Origin: Callorhinchus milii
Taxonomy: Eukaryota
NCBI RefSeq assembly: GCF_018977255.1
Contig: NW_024704756.1
Coordinates: 17,050,001-17,114,000 of the forward strand
Reading direction: 5' to 3'
Length of the DNA stretch: 64,000 nt
The notes beneath the pieces were generated by a model that did not search any database, was not told the origin of the DNA, and was given only the letters and a program-made list of their open reading frames with translations. Positions 45,950-59,049 of this stretch are shown piece after piece; within the stretch, counting starts at the first letter, position 1; the number at the start of each line of letters is the position of its first letter. The position numbers and the translations under genes were made by a program.

Positions 45950-46807
45950 TGCTAGAAGATGGTGGTGAAAGGTGAGGATGGAGAGAGCTGCCGAAGGCAT
46001 AGCTGGAGGGGCTGCTGGTAGAACTGAGTGGCTGAGGGGAATAGGTGCCATGGGAGAGTGGGATAGCGAAGCAGAGTGTGAAGAGACTGAGGCAAACGAG
46101 AAAACATTTGGGTCACTAAGATCTGGGGCTATAAGAAATAAATAAAATAAATACTAAACAGCAATCGCGCTGTCTGTGGTTAAATCGAAAGTTGAAAGCT
46201 GAATATTACAGTTATGCTTCTTCAATTAACAGCTAAAACAACACTACTGTTATAAATATTGTTCTGGTAATATAGTTTCTATTTCCATGTTTACTGTGGT
46301 ATCTAACCATTTAAAAACACTGTATTTTGATAACATTTACCAGTTGCTTATCTACAAGATAAGAGATGTTTTTATAAAATTCAATTGCCCAGTTGTGTCG
46401 CTGGTATCAAAAATGAAACAAATCTTCCAGAATTTGAAACAGTTCTGCATGATTTCATTGTCTTGCATAATAGCTTTGTTTATCCACAAATGGAAACTGA
46501 AGAAGCTGCTTTTAATATTGTTTATACTGGACTTTATTTGATGTGTCTTTTCAAGTGAGAGTACAAGCCTTATTTTGTCCTTTGGTGAAATAGCCAATTA
46601 ATGACTATCCTCCTTAGGGGGAGAGGTAAGTGGAATCTCCTTGGAACTGAGCTGGTTTCAAGGTGATCTACTTGACAACAGAATGTTGGATTCGAAGCAA
46701 ACCTCTGAGAGTCCTGAGCGGTCTGGTTTCTGAGCCAGGGCATTGTGGATAACAGACTAGCCAGCCGGGGGTTGTCAACAGGACTTGGATGGGCATAAAG
46801 AGATTGT

Positions 46808-46945
46808 TCCCACTCTGCTTCAGCCACTCTGCCCCCACCCTCTGGAACTCCGCCCTGCAGTCCCTCTGCCTCATCCCCCTCCCTTGCCTCCTTCAATATC
46901 AGTCTCAAGACCCTCCTCTTCAACCATGCCTTCAGTCACCCTCAA
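46808..46945 (+). mobile_element. L2 ORF2 C-terminal fragment
   Basis: FSHSAPTLWNSALQSL..SLKTLLFNHAF. Confidence 0.75.
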
Positions 46946-47144
46946 AGTTCGCTGCCCAATCAACTTTGAACAGCATACAGGAGTCCTAGATGAACCACAG
47001 CCACCGTGTTTATACCATAATGGCGCCAAATGCACCCACCCTTTATCCCACTTCTTCACTGAGAGTTCCACTTCTGTATGTCACCTAAACATGGCAATTT
47101 CCTTGTTGCCCGGAGACGCACCCTGCTTCAGCATTCAGGAGAGT

Positions 47145-47545
47145 ATTAACAACAACTCATTTACATAGTGCCATTCACATGGGGTAGCTTCCTGGAGCGC
47201 TTCACAGTGTTACAGCCTGACAATAAGCCTGGGGGAGAGGGAGGGTGGAGGTGTCCGTGAGGACGATCGAAAAGGAAGGGCTTTAGGCAGGATTTGTAGA
47301 TGGGGAGGGAGGGGGCAAGGCGGAGGAATTGAGGGAGAGAGTTCCAGAGTTTTGGACGTAGTGGCTGAAGCCATGGCCACCAATGGTCGAACAGAAGGCA
47401 TGAGGGACAAATAGGAGGCTGGAGCCAGCCGAGTGGAGGCAGTGGATGGTGGAGTGGGGAGTAAGCAGGATGGATAGGTAGGGAGGAGTAAGGGCATGAA
47501 GTGTTTGAAAATGAGATGAGAGGATCTTGAAATCGATCGATTTAG
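47145..47545 (-). mobile_element. L2 3' end
   Basis: Minus strand: IDFKIL..PTYPSCLL..RPLVAMA..KTLELSPSIPP; tail atgtgaatggcactatgtaaatgagttgttg. Confidence 0.75.
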
Positions 47546-48519
47546 TAAAAATTGTCGAGAGCCAAGACTTGAGGATCCCAGAGGATATGCTGGATTTTAC
47601 CTAAAAACAGGTAGCTTTCATTGAGAGCATTGGGGCTTAGTGTGACTTATCTGATTGCCCCCCTTCCTGTGGGGAAAGATCTAACGTACACTTGACAGCA
47701 AGCACACTTGAGGTTGTGGAATTTGGCATGAGAAGTTCGGAAATATTTCAAGCAGTTTAACTAGGGCTTTGGCAATTTTCTAGTAATGTACAGTAGTTAA
47801 CTGCTAGCAATCTTCTAGTTGTTGGCTAAGGCATAAGCATACAGTAGTTTTGCCTTGGAGCATTTTCAGAAAACCTAAAAACTGTTAACTTGAAACTGCT
47901 TTATTTGCTGTGCTACAGAAATGCTGCAGCCACAATTTAAAGGGTTAAATTGCTGGTATTCAAAGTCTTGCTCAGTGTTATTTTCCGAAGTTCAAACAAG
48001 TAGTAATTTAACTTACCATCCATCAGATACTGGTGTTGTGGATAAGGTGCAGTCACGTATAACCAATGGGTACATTTTGTTTATTTCAGAGGTAGCAATC
48101 TGCTTGCAATGCCCAGGGCAGGAGCTATCTGGACAATTCAAACTGTATAACGATTTATATATATTGCACATACTGTATTCCCAACTGTGCAAGAGAAGTA
48201 ACGACATCAGTTTAATATCAGCGTGGCCCTATAGAATATATGGTGTTTAATTGTTTTGAGCCTACTTTATTTTCCTGTGTTGAACATTTACTCATTTTGG
48301 GCATTATTGTCAGCTAAATTACTGCCTAAAATGTACCTAGTTAAGGAATGTGAATTATTAACTAGGCTGTCCGCTTTACCTGCATTGCTCAGATTATAGC
48401 CAGAACGTTTAGCTGTCTTTTTAATGTCTTAATTGTTAAATATTGTCTAAGTTCCGAAATTTCACAAATTTCAGAACTGAGACCATGAGGATCTTAATGT
48501 TCTTAAACTCAAACCATGT

Positions 48520-48708
48520 AATAATCCTTTTTAAAAAATTGGGTCACGCAATCCACAACTGTTTGTGGGACGCTGCTGTGCACAATTGGCTGCCGCGTTT
48601 CTCCCACATAAATGTAGTCAATTAGTTTTACAGTATATTCTGTGAAGTACTTCGAGACATCTCGAAGACGTGATAAAGCGCTATATCAAATGCAAGGATT
48701 ATTATTAT
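48520..48708 (+). mobile_element. SINE 3' half
   Basis: gggtcacgcaatccacaactgtttgtgggacgctgctgtgcacaattggctgccg..tcaaatgcaaggattattattat. Confidence 0.85.
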
Positions 48709-50661
48709 ACGAGGTATACTATCTATAAATGATATTATCAGATATTTCTGCCTTAAATGTTGTTGTACATTAAGTATGGTGTCATCTTGGAACAGATTAT
48801 CCACAGGACCCACAAGCAGAATCCTTATTTATACCACTCACACTTCCACAAAATGTTCCAATGTGAATGTTTTCTTCCATTTGTAATCTCAATTTCCTGA
48901 TTTGTTTATTTTCAATTGTATCTCAGTCGTTGATGCTGGAACATTTATTTCTGAGTAAATTGATCAGTTCATAACATATTTAGTATGCAAGTGTAAGTTT
49001 AAACACACTACAGGTACTCCATGCTAAATTGCAGTTACAATTAATTTAGACTTGGAACATTTCTGTGATCTTTAAAACAAAGGCAAACCATCTGTTTGAT
49101 TAATGGATTGTAATAATCCTGACCTCTCACTTTTTAAGGTTGTTTGTGGGTGAGAGTTGGGAGAAACAAAATTGTTTAATAATGCAATTCTTCTAGCATC
49201 AGTTGAAGATGGCTTGATAATAAAGTCAGTCCAGAATTTGCTGCTACTAGACAGATTTCATAGCAGACTGATTCTGCCAGGTGAACTCTATTGATTTCTT
49301 TAATGGACAGATATTTTTTCTTGTTCTCTTTTATTTTTGAAAGAACAGGAAAGAAATGGAGACAAGAATTGGACATTATTATTAAACCATCCTTAAGAGA
49401 AACACTGGGCAAGTGTTGGGAGAGCATATATTGCTTAAGAATTGCTTCATCAACCTGAATAGCCGAAGATAACTTGTAATTACATTTGAACCAAAATGCG
49501 TGAACGTTTTTTGAAGAAACAACTATTTAATTTATAATCTGTGGAAATGTTCTTGATGCTTAGATGTACAGTTTTAATTGGGACTTGAAATTATAGTTGC
49601 AATGATCTCTGATTTGCATGTATGAAAATTAGATTTATGGCCAACAGTACACTGAACCCATATCACGACTTGGAATAATTATCAATTATAATAATATCAA
49701 AATGTTTCAGTGTCGGGTTAAACATGTCTGTCCTAGATGTGATGGATGTTCTGAGCTAAAATATTTAATTCAAAGGCTATGGCAGTTGTGTTGTTGAACG
49801 TGTATGTTATGTAAATACAGCAATTAGATAGATACACAGCTGTCTGTTCTGGCAGCTATGGTTTAAAGAGATCATGTTAGGTCACAATAATGACAGATGT
49901 GATTTCATAATAGATACGTGTTTTAGTAATCCACACCAGAGATGTTTTATTATTTGTCATCCTGCACAAACTGCTTGGTTCTGGTATCATCAAAATGTGC
50001 TAGAGATGATGTTGCAACATTAGGGATCCTGCCCTTGTGATTCTGGGTTGACACATGGACCAGTCAAAAAAATAGTTTTAGATAACAAAGTGGGAGTGGG
50101 TTTTTAGTGTGTCATCTTTTGATTCATCAGCTATACTTGGATCTGATGTGCCATACAGAGTGCCAGCCGGTGCCAAAAGCTCCTGTCTGGGTTTCCTGTG
50201 CGGATTTAGTCAAATTGGCTGCACTGTTGTGCCAAATAGATATGATAGGTTATTAAAGATGAATCAACAAAAAGTATAACAAGTTTTTAATTTTGTAGTT
50301 TAGAGTTTTAAAACTACAGTAAAACTAGTCCTGACGCACAAAAACCTTGAACGTAGTTACAAACACACCCAAACAGTTGGGTTAAAGATTCTATGGGTTG
50401 AATAGGAAAGAGAAGGCCATTTCACCAACTGTCCTGGCCAGCTATCATCCAGATGGAATTATTCATTCAAATTGATTCCACCTTTGCCTACAAATACAGT
50501 TACTCCACTTCACAGTAAAATCCTGTAATGTGTTTTGAACCATTTTGACAATATCATATGGCGCTACCATAAATGCAAGAAATATTATTCTAGATGTCTA
50601 GGTAGGAGGACAACCTGTCACTTTTTGCAATAAGAGTCAAGTTTGACAGAGCGTTAATGCT

Positions 50662-50680
50662 CTGCCACTAGATGTCACTC
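50662..50680 (+). promoter_or_regulatory. CTCF motif in AR intron 1
   Basis: CTGCCACTAGATGTCACTC; one mismatch to CCASYAGRKGGCRS. Confidence 0.45.
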
Positions 50681-51833
50681 ATACGTTTAGTTAACACTAT
50701 AATGGTAATTAAGGGTCAGTATCATTTAATTATTGCCCTTTTTCTTCACAACTTTGTTAGATTTTTGAAAGACAAATTGGCATCTCACGCTGCTCTTATT
50801 TTACTGTACCGCCTTGGCTACAGAGTTGAGCCTTTCACCAGAGGCAAAGTGCAATGTAAACGCTGTACACCTCTGTAGGCTGGAGCCTTCTCTGCAACGG
50901 ATCAGCGCTTTGGCGCCAGAGTAAGCTGCTTAACACTGACCGTCCTGCACCTTGGGACGTCCTCCCGACGTGAAAGGCCTCATACAAATGTAATTTTGTT
51001 GTTGTTGTTAATATAAAAGCTATGTCCTGGAGTGAACAGCTAACCATCAGTTTAGCTGATTGATCGGTAATACAGCTTTACCTTAGCTGTGATTTTGTAA
51101 TTTATTCCCCCCGGAGTTATTGTAAATTTATTCCAGGATGTAGTTAGTGACCAGATTTTGCACTGGGTCTCTTAAAGGGAAGTTTACAAGGGGTACGAAA
51201 GTACTTGATTATGGTTTTCAGACTGTGTTTCACAAATGATAAAATATATGAAACAGTTTGCATGTTTGTGAATGGATTAATCCTATTTAACCCTTGTTTC
51301 ATTTCAAAGAGAACAATAGTGAAACATTCTAAAATGAAGAGTTGACTGCTTATCAGTCAATATACCTGTCTGCACACTTACCCTTCAACACATTCATCAC
51401 TGAGTTATTGTAAAGCTACAAGCTGAAGGGCAAGGCCCAGTAAGATAATGATTCTGCAAGTTTTGACTTGCCTCATTTTAAAAATGTTTCAGGGAATAAG
51501 AAAGCTTGGAGTTAAACGTTTCAAACATGCTCTGGCAAAGTCCATATTTTATTGTCTTGCATTTCACTTGCTCCGAGATTTTCATTTTGTTTCCAGTTCA
51601 GAATTTACTTCTTCTTCATGGACCTTTAGCATTCTTGATCCAGTGACAAGATAGCAGAGTTTGCTGCCCTGAACCTGAAAACATTGTGTAGACAACACAG
51701 AAAGAGACTGTAAAGCAGTAAAAGGGGAGGGAGCATATCCTACAGGAGATAAAGGGCCTCTCCTGGTTTAGACTAATATTTATTATGTTATGAGACAAAG
51801 ATGATGCTCATACTCCGTCCCACTGCCTATGTT

Positions 51834-52169
51834 GGAGTCCTGTGGCTCAGTGGTTAGAGCACTCGCTTTGCAAGTGAGAGACCTGAGTTCAATTCCAGGC
51901 AGAGGGCGAAACCTTGGGCAAGTTTCCTTACTCCACACAGAGCCTAATAATAATCCCTCCAAAACCAAAAACAATAATTAAATTGGTCATTTTCAATCTA
52001 CGACTGTTTGTGGGACATTGCTGTGCGCAATTGGCTGCCGCGTTCGCCCACAAATATACAGTCAATTCACTTTACAGTGTACTCTGTGAAGCGCTTTGGG
52101 ATGTCCTCCCGACGTGAAAAGCGCTATATCAAATGCAAGGATTATTATTATTATTATTATTATTATTAT
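51834..52169 (+). mobile_element. SINE family A' (young, full length) with possible TSD TATGTT
   Basis: A box TGGCTCAGTGG, anticodon-like loop TTTGCAA (tRNA-Ala TGC-like), B box GTTCAATTCC, L2-type tail and (ATT)n. tatgtt occurs at 51828-51833 and 52167-52172. Confidence 0.93.
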
Positions 52170-55100
52170 GTTAACTGTTGTTAGCAGTGAAGAAATTGCT
52201 CATTTCACACACATTTAATTGTTTTTTTTGACAAAACTTTAAAAGTTTACAATCTTAACTATTGTATAGTTTTGTTAGGTTTCAAACACTGATCAAGGTG
52301 TAGTAGGGCCTAGACTGACATCTTCCAATTCAAAACATTTGATTAGCGTCCTCACATGCCAAAGGCATAGTTGGAAGTTTCTAGGACCAAATTCATATCA
52401 AGTATGTGGTCAAGGAGTCTTGGATTAGTACACATTGGCTGCTGAAAAAATATTTCATGTTGCAACAAGTGTTTTTGTGAAATTCTTTTTCCCCACATCT
52501 ATTTTACAATGTTAAATGACAAGGTTTACACAATTAAGCCACCTTGAGAAATTTGGCTGCCACACGATTTTTAAAGATGTGAGCATTGCTTTTGGGGAAA
52601 TTAATAACCTTTAACTCAGTTCATGCTGTTGAATACGGAAGAGTTAACTGAAATTCATTGTGGTTCATTATCAGACATCTACCTTAGGCAGTTCATCCAC
52701 TTTCCAATATTTCAACTGCTGGAGTTGTTGGTGGGGAAACAGTTGGAGTCATTTTGGAATGTGCATAAATAGAATTGTCATCAGAGACTTATTAAATGTT
52801 CTCTCGTTGTTTAAAGATGTGCATTTGTTCACTGTTGTGTCTTTAACTAGCTGGTAGACACATCTGAGTTGAAATGAGTTAGATAAAACTGCTAGAGAAT
52901 CGGCCATTTGTATGAAATCTTCAGGTGAACTAACAAACACACTGTATAGGGTCTAATGTCAGACTGCTATGGAATAATTTCTGTTACAGTATTTCTAAGC
53001 TAACCTTTTAGGTTTGATGGGATGAATAGTCTGCTATGATAGCAGATTATATAATAATGATCATAATAATGATAATATGCTATGATTTCTATGATTCCCT
53101 GCTCCTTTCTCCTATTGTTTTTGAGGGAAGCATTCCAGCACAAACCTTTTCTTTCTTGACTTGCTCAAAGACTAAACAGGAAGTCTGTTGTCAAACTGAA
53201 TTTGACACAGTAAATCACACATGTTATAAATTCATTTTTGATTTAAAACCACAGTAAAATTACTGTCTCCTTGACTGGAAAGAAAACAAGCATCAGCAAA
53301 TTGTGTTCCAATATGTTGTGTCGCCACATATGCTGCCTCGCTGTATCATATTTCATTGATTTTAGTTAATGTCAGACTGGTAACTGTGCAAAGGGCTAAT
53401 AACAAATGACAGTCCACTAAACTCCTCAATGACAGTTCAGAGGACTCTGGATCGGTAAACAATCAGTCAGCATTTTACTTTACGTGCATGTTGAGCGACC
53501 TTTTAACACACAAAATCTTTACAAAAATGATATGCCTAAGGCTGGTGTGATAATATAGAGTATTTGTGTACACGTGAGTTGTGTTGTGGAATGATAAGGT
53601 ATAGGTTTTCAACTTAAAATTTCTAACACAGCTCGTTTCTGGTTGCAGTTAGGCATTTTGAGATGTTTCAATGTTATAGGCACTTTATCAACCAAATGTA
53701 AGGATGCTGATGATTATTAGCAGTATTCTAGGGAATAGCTGTACTATTTTTTCAAGAATGTACAAGACAGTGTGAGAATCTGTTCCTGAATTGTTCAGTG
53801 CCCAATAGTTAGTCAGTTTAGAATGAGGTTGGCTTCCAGAAATGTAGAACAATATGTTTTAAAAGCACAAATACAATGGTACAAAAGTTTCTCCTCCTTG
53901 GAGTATTTGAAGTCATCAACTAACTGGATGTAAGCCAGACATATAACAATGTTTTGCTGAAACCCACTGAAAGGTAATTACAACATGCAAATATTTCATA
54001 AAAATGTTGATGCCAAATAATATTAGCATTTTGAATGGTTCAAGAAAACTTGTTTCCATTTGGCAATTATATACCTATAAGATTGTCCATTTATCTAGAG
54101 TTCCCAGAAGTGAATTCAGAAGCTTTTATGGTGTGTTGAACTGCTCCAAGCTCATAGTACTTGCACATCTACTTCAGTTGTAGATTTTTTTGCAGCAACT
54201 TTATGCCGGAACCCAACAACTTTATTTTTCTTGAAACTATCCGTGAAGGAACCAGTAAGGATTGTGCAAATGAGATTAAAAAGTCCCGCATCGTTCTCCC
54301 CCCCCCCCCCATTAAAGAAGTCAAATGTCATTAAGATTTAATATTTGGGCTAATTATTTGCCCACATTTGGGAAAAAAAATCAGAAAAACATTTCCACTG
54401 ATTTTACCCAGTTTGTGAGTTTCTTGGATTAAAAATGTTTTAATTACAAACAAGTTTTGTACTTTGGGAATGGTACCCTTGTGTTCGGTGCCTAAGTTAT
54501 TTATGTAAGTGCAGTATATAATATTATACGTTTTGTTACTGGTGCAGGGAAGGTGGGGGGAAGGATATCGACCGGAATAATGTAAATCAGTTACACAGGG
54601 AAAAGGCACCAAAGTTGGGTATCGTAGAGAAGCTGAAATAGAAGCAATTCATAACAAACACAAGAATGAGAATTGTACAGGGGCAAGAAAGTAACACTGT
54701 ACAGCATTGTCATGTAGCTCAGGCCTGACAACAACATCACTTTATCACAGTAAATTCCACACAGACTGTTGCAAAGCTTATCTGAAATTTACTTGCCATT
54801 GCAAAAGGACAACCGTTTTAAGAATACAAATCAGAAGATGGGTGGAACCCACAATAGTGAAGGCTTTGCCCTGTTTCCGAGGAGCTGAGGTGGCTCCAAG
54901 GTCATGTGCTTAGCCGCGGAATGTAATTGTTATCAGGAGCTTTACTGCAATTCTAAAATTGCTCCAACAATTAGTAAACAATATTGTTTTTGGTCAGCCT
55001 GGATGTCTGACACATGTGGACATCCATCTTTGTGCTTAAGAATATCCAAACCAGACTGAGAGTTCCACTTATGTATGGAAAGTTTGCCTGGAATGCAATG

Positions 55101-55844
55101 TTCACACAATAATTACAGATTTTATGTAAGCATGACTAATCAAGATGTTTTAGAAGTAACCATTTATAATTTCACAATTCATATTTAAACCTTTGGGCAT
55201 GAAATGATGACGCTGAATGTTCTGTCTCGCTTACACAAGATTTCAAACGGATTTCTGAAGGGAATCCACAAGTGAATAGAAGACAGACAGAAATGTTGAA
55301 TGTTTTCAAGGTTTTTGAGAGTTTTTCACAATTATAACCAAAACATATCGTTTCAATTGGGATGGTGGGTTGCTTTGATCTCTTTTTGCATATGGAACAA
55401 TGCATTATATGATCCTACTTTGGCCCGTTGCAGATTTCAGCAGAACTGCACAATGTGAAACTGAGAAAATCACATCCATAAAACTTGAAGTACAACAATG
55501 AAATAAATAAATTTTCCACATGGTAATGAATCTTGTGTTTTTCTTCATCTATTGCAGAAATAGTTATTTTATTCATAGATTGAAATGCGTGGTTGATGAA
55601 ATCTTAATGATTTTATTAGCTTGAATTTTGGGTCCACTTTCATATTAGCGTGTCATCAAAGCACGCAGCCTTATACGTTGCAGAAGAAAAATGAAGTGGC
55701 ACAATCCTACCTATGTCTGGATCCACTCCAGCCAAGATGCTGGACAAGCAGATTGCAAATTAAAAGCCAAACATTGCAATAAGGCTCTTGATAAGCGTAA
55801 ACATTGTTTTCAAAATAATATTTTAGCAGTTGCTTGCAACTTGT

Positions 55845-56070
55845 TGGAATTGGCGGATTGCTTTTCTGGGGGTAATAATCCATTTAAAAAAATAATAATA
55901 ATAATTTTGTCACTCAATCCACAACTGTTTATGGGACACTACTGCACGCAACTGGCTGCTGCGTTTCGCCCACAAAATATATAGTCTATTCACTTTACAG
56001 TGTATCCTGTGAAGCGCTTTGAGATGTCTCAAAGACGTGATAATATATCAAATGTAAGAATTATTATTTT
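55845..56070 (+). mobile_element. SINE family A 3' half
   Basis: ggcggattgcttttctgggggtaataatcc..gtcactcaatccacaactgttt..tgtgaagcgctttgagatgtctc. Confidence 0.85.
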
Positions 56071-59049
56071 TATTGTACTGCAGTTAAGCAGAGCAGTGTG
56101 TGTTGGAAGGGCCAAGGCCAATGCCCCTAAAATGTATCAGCCTTTCATTCAGCATGCTAGACGTTTCAGATGTATAACACTACTTAAATCAGTCTGACCT
56201 CCTTACCACTGTTTCTGGTGGAGGTGTGATGAGAGATCAGTAAGTAAGATCAGTCATGAAGTTGTCAGTTCCATTTGATTATTTTTGTAAAGATTTATTT
56301 AAAAAGAAATTAGGCGATGTTTTGTGGATAGGGAATGAAATGCATTTCCACTATGAATGAGCAGTACCACCTTCAGACACTTCTAAACTAAACATATGCA
56401 CAACCAGGAAACATTTCCTTGAATATATGCCTAACCCCATCGTCACAGGAGGATCCAAACTACACAAATGTGTTAGTTTCCCGCACCATCCATCTTTGCA
56501 GCTTCTCCGAGAGAGATTGCCAACTTTGTGCCAAATTGTTTAAAAATGTGTTCAATTTTTTGCTGTAGGCACAAGCCCACAAGCGAATGAATCGAAGCTT
56601 TCCAAAATTATTTCACATAGGAGTCTTATGACTGACAGAGAGTCTTTCATTTCCATCAATCTGGTTGGATTCATCCCAGTTCCAAACTGAAATATTAATT
56701 TCTAATGCATGAATTTGATATCGGCTTATGGGTAAATGATAGATGAAATGGATGAGGATGCTAACCCTTCAAGAAATTCATAGTCTACAAGCTCAGCTTA
56801 TGTTTTCTTGCTCTGTATATAAGACTCCATTATGGGCTGCGCACTTTAAAGCGGTTATTTTTCTCTTTATTGAAATCATCTTCCTACGGAGGTCAACAGC
56901 AGGAAAGATATTCTAATCACGTATTACGGTGGTGGGGGGATTGAAATCTCTTTATAAGGCAATAATTAGAGTGCATAAAATGCCACCCCCATCAGCTGCC
57001 ACCCCCAGCTCGGTACCCAGCCTGTACTGTTAAACACTTTGGAAAGCCCTCCTGATGTAAAAGGCGCTATATAAATTGTAAATTTGTATCGTATAAATGC
57101 AAATATTTATTGTTATAAGGATTTGTTGTCATGAGAAAGAGTACATAGGGAACAACAGCTCTCTAAGCAATACATTTCTAGTTAGGTAAGATACTTGTGA
57201 GACATGGATACTTGGTTTACAAGTTTATAAATTTCTGATTAGTATAGAATTTATATTTTTAATTTCCATGTCTACTCTCATCATTTTAGGACTGCTCAGT
57301 GTTTAAACATTTGGAGTTTGTGAAAGTTTCCCTGTTGTGAAAAATATCTCCTTTGAACAAACAGAGATTAGCGTAGTGTGGTCTTCAGAATACTTGCTAC
57401 TAAATTAGCGCAGAGTTTTCACGTTGAGGGAGGAAGAATAAGATAACGGATTAAAGATTTAAAAATGCGGTCTTGTTTGTAGAATTAACTATAGTGTTTG
57501 GAGCACGGTGTTCTAATCTGACTTAATTCTCTTGGCATCAGATGCACTAAGATGATTAATGCATTTTAATGGTTGATCTGAAAGTAATTTAAAGAGACTT
57601 TGAAATGTTCAACCTCATAATTTCTATTTGTTTTGGTTGGGGCATGATGAGTGGATACTGATATTGATTGTTTAAGGAGACAGACGCTGTACTAAGCATA
57701 TTTTTTAAAACAAATACTACAATATAATGGTTGAAATTTCTATCTTTATATCTCAAAAAACACAAAAAGAGCTTTTATGAAAACCAGTGCCATTTTAATG
57801 CAAAAATGCAAGTTTTGTTTTAAGGAGGTAGAAATTTGTACAAGAAAACACACCAAAATACTAATATAGTGGCCTATTTTGCTCTTAGTAATAAAGTGCA
57901 CCGTTTGATGAGTTTGGGTTTTGATCACCTGCAGTTTCAAATAGAAAATAAAAAAGCAAAAAAAGTAGTCTGAATTGTAAGTTCTCTTTACTGTGTTATC
58001 CACAAAGTGAATTCTACTGTATTTCAATTTTAGCCCTGAATATTATACCAACGATGTGTATTTAATTGTATTTAAGAAACACACTTATAAATACTGTACA
58101 TTTTGTTCTTTGAATAACATCTGCGATACCAGATTATGCTTCTGATCACTGAATGAAATATCCTCCTAAATCTTGAGCCTTTAGAGAGAGACTAAAACCA
58201 TCCTGTCCCAAAAAGACAAATTTCAAATTTAATATTTTTTGTTTTAAGGATGATAGTGGGCATAAACAGCCCATTTGTTACAGCTACCTACACTCTTTTA
58301 AAATTAATTAATTTCATTAAAATGATATGGTTAGCATCATTTTCAATTGATAAAAATGAACAGGATTAAACAAAATAAAAAGGTTTGAAATCAATTATAC
58401 ATTCACCTCCTTGTTTATTTTTTTTAAAAAGGTACTTTTCCCCTTTAAGGTTGTGGGAGTTTGTAAGTAAAATGCTAACAAAAACGTTAATCGCCTTCCA
58501 TGCCTAAAAAGATTTCTGAAGTTATGCGGAGAATTATTTGTTTCCAAAATACTTTCACATTTCAGAATTAAGTCCATATTTTGAGCCGCAGTTTTAATGT
58601 GTGCTGAACTGGAATCCTCAAACTTGTGCAGTGATTTTTTGTGTATGTGAGTCTTGATCTCAGTTTTTCTTTTGCTGCGTTCTATGCAAAAGGGAGATGG
58701 TTTGCATACCACTGGATTTAGAGGAACAGTTATGCTTAGTTACTGTAACAGTGTCGACCATGGTCTTCTAATGATAAGTTAGACCTTGGCTTCTGTGCAG
58801 TAGGTCATGTTAGTATCGTTGTCCTTACAGTGATGCTTTTGTCTTCAATGTTTCTATGTGTTTGCCAGATGTCAGTGTTAAGGATGGCTGGGGTTTTCAA
58901 GGGCAAAAAATTATAGAACCTGTTTTGTTGGGTCTATCCAAGCGTATGAATTTTATTTAATTTCTGAAACTACTGTTTACATTACCCACCCTCTTTCCAT
59001 TTCCCTCTCTAACACTCAGCTATATCCTCCCAAAAAAGTTTTTATGAAA

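Noticed and set aside
51834-51905. tRNA-Ala gene (and similar heads elsewhere)
   Set aside because: Has A/B boxes but no proper acceptor stem, and continues into a SINE body and (ATT)n tail; these are SINE heads.
53846-53860. ARE-like AGAACA-ata-TGTTTT in intron 1
   Set aside because: The mismatch falls on the critical C of the second half-site; chance-level in AT-rich DNA.
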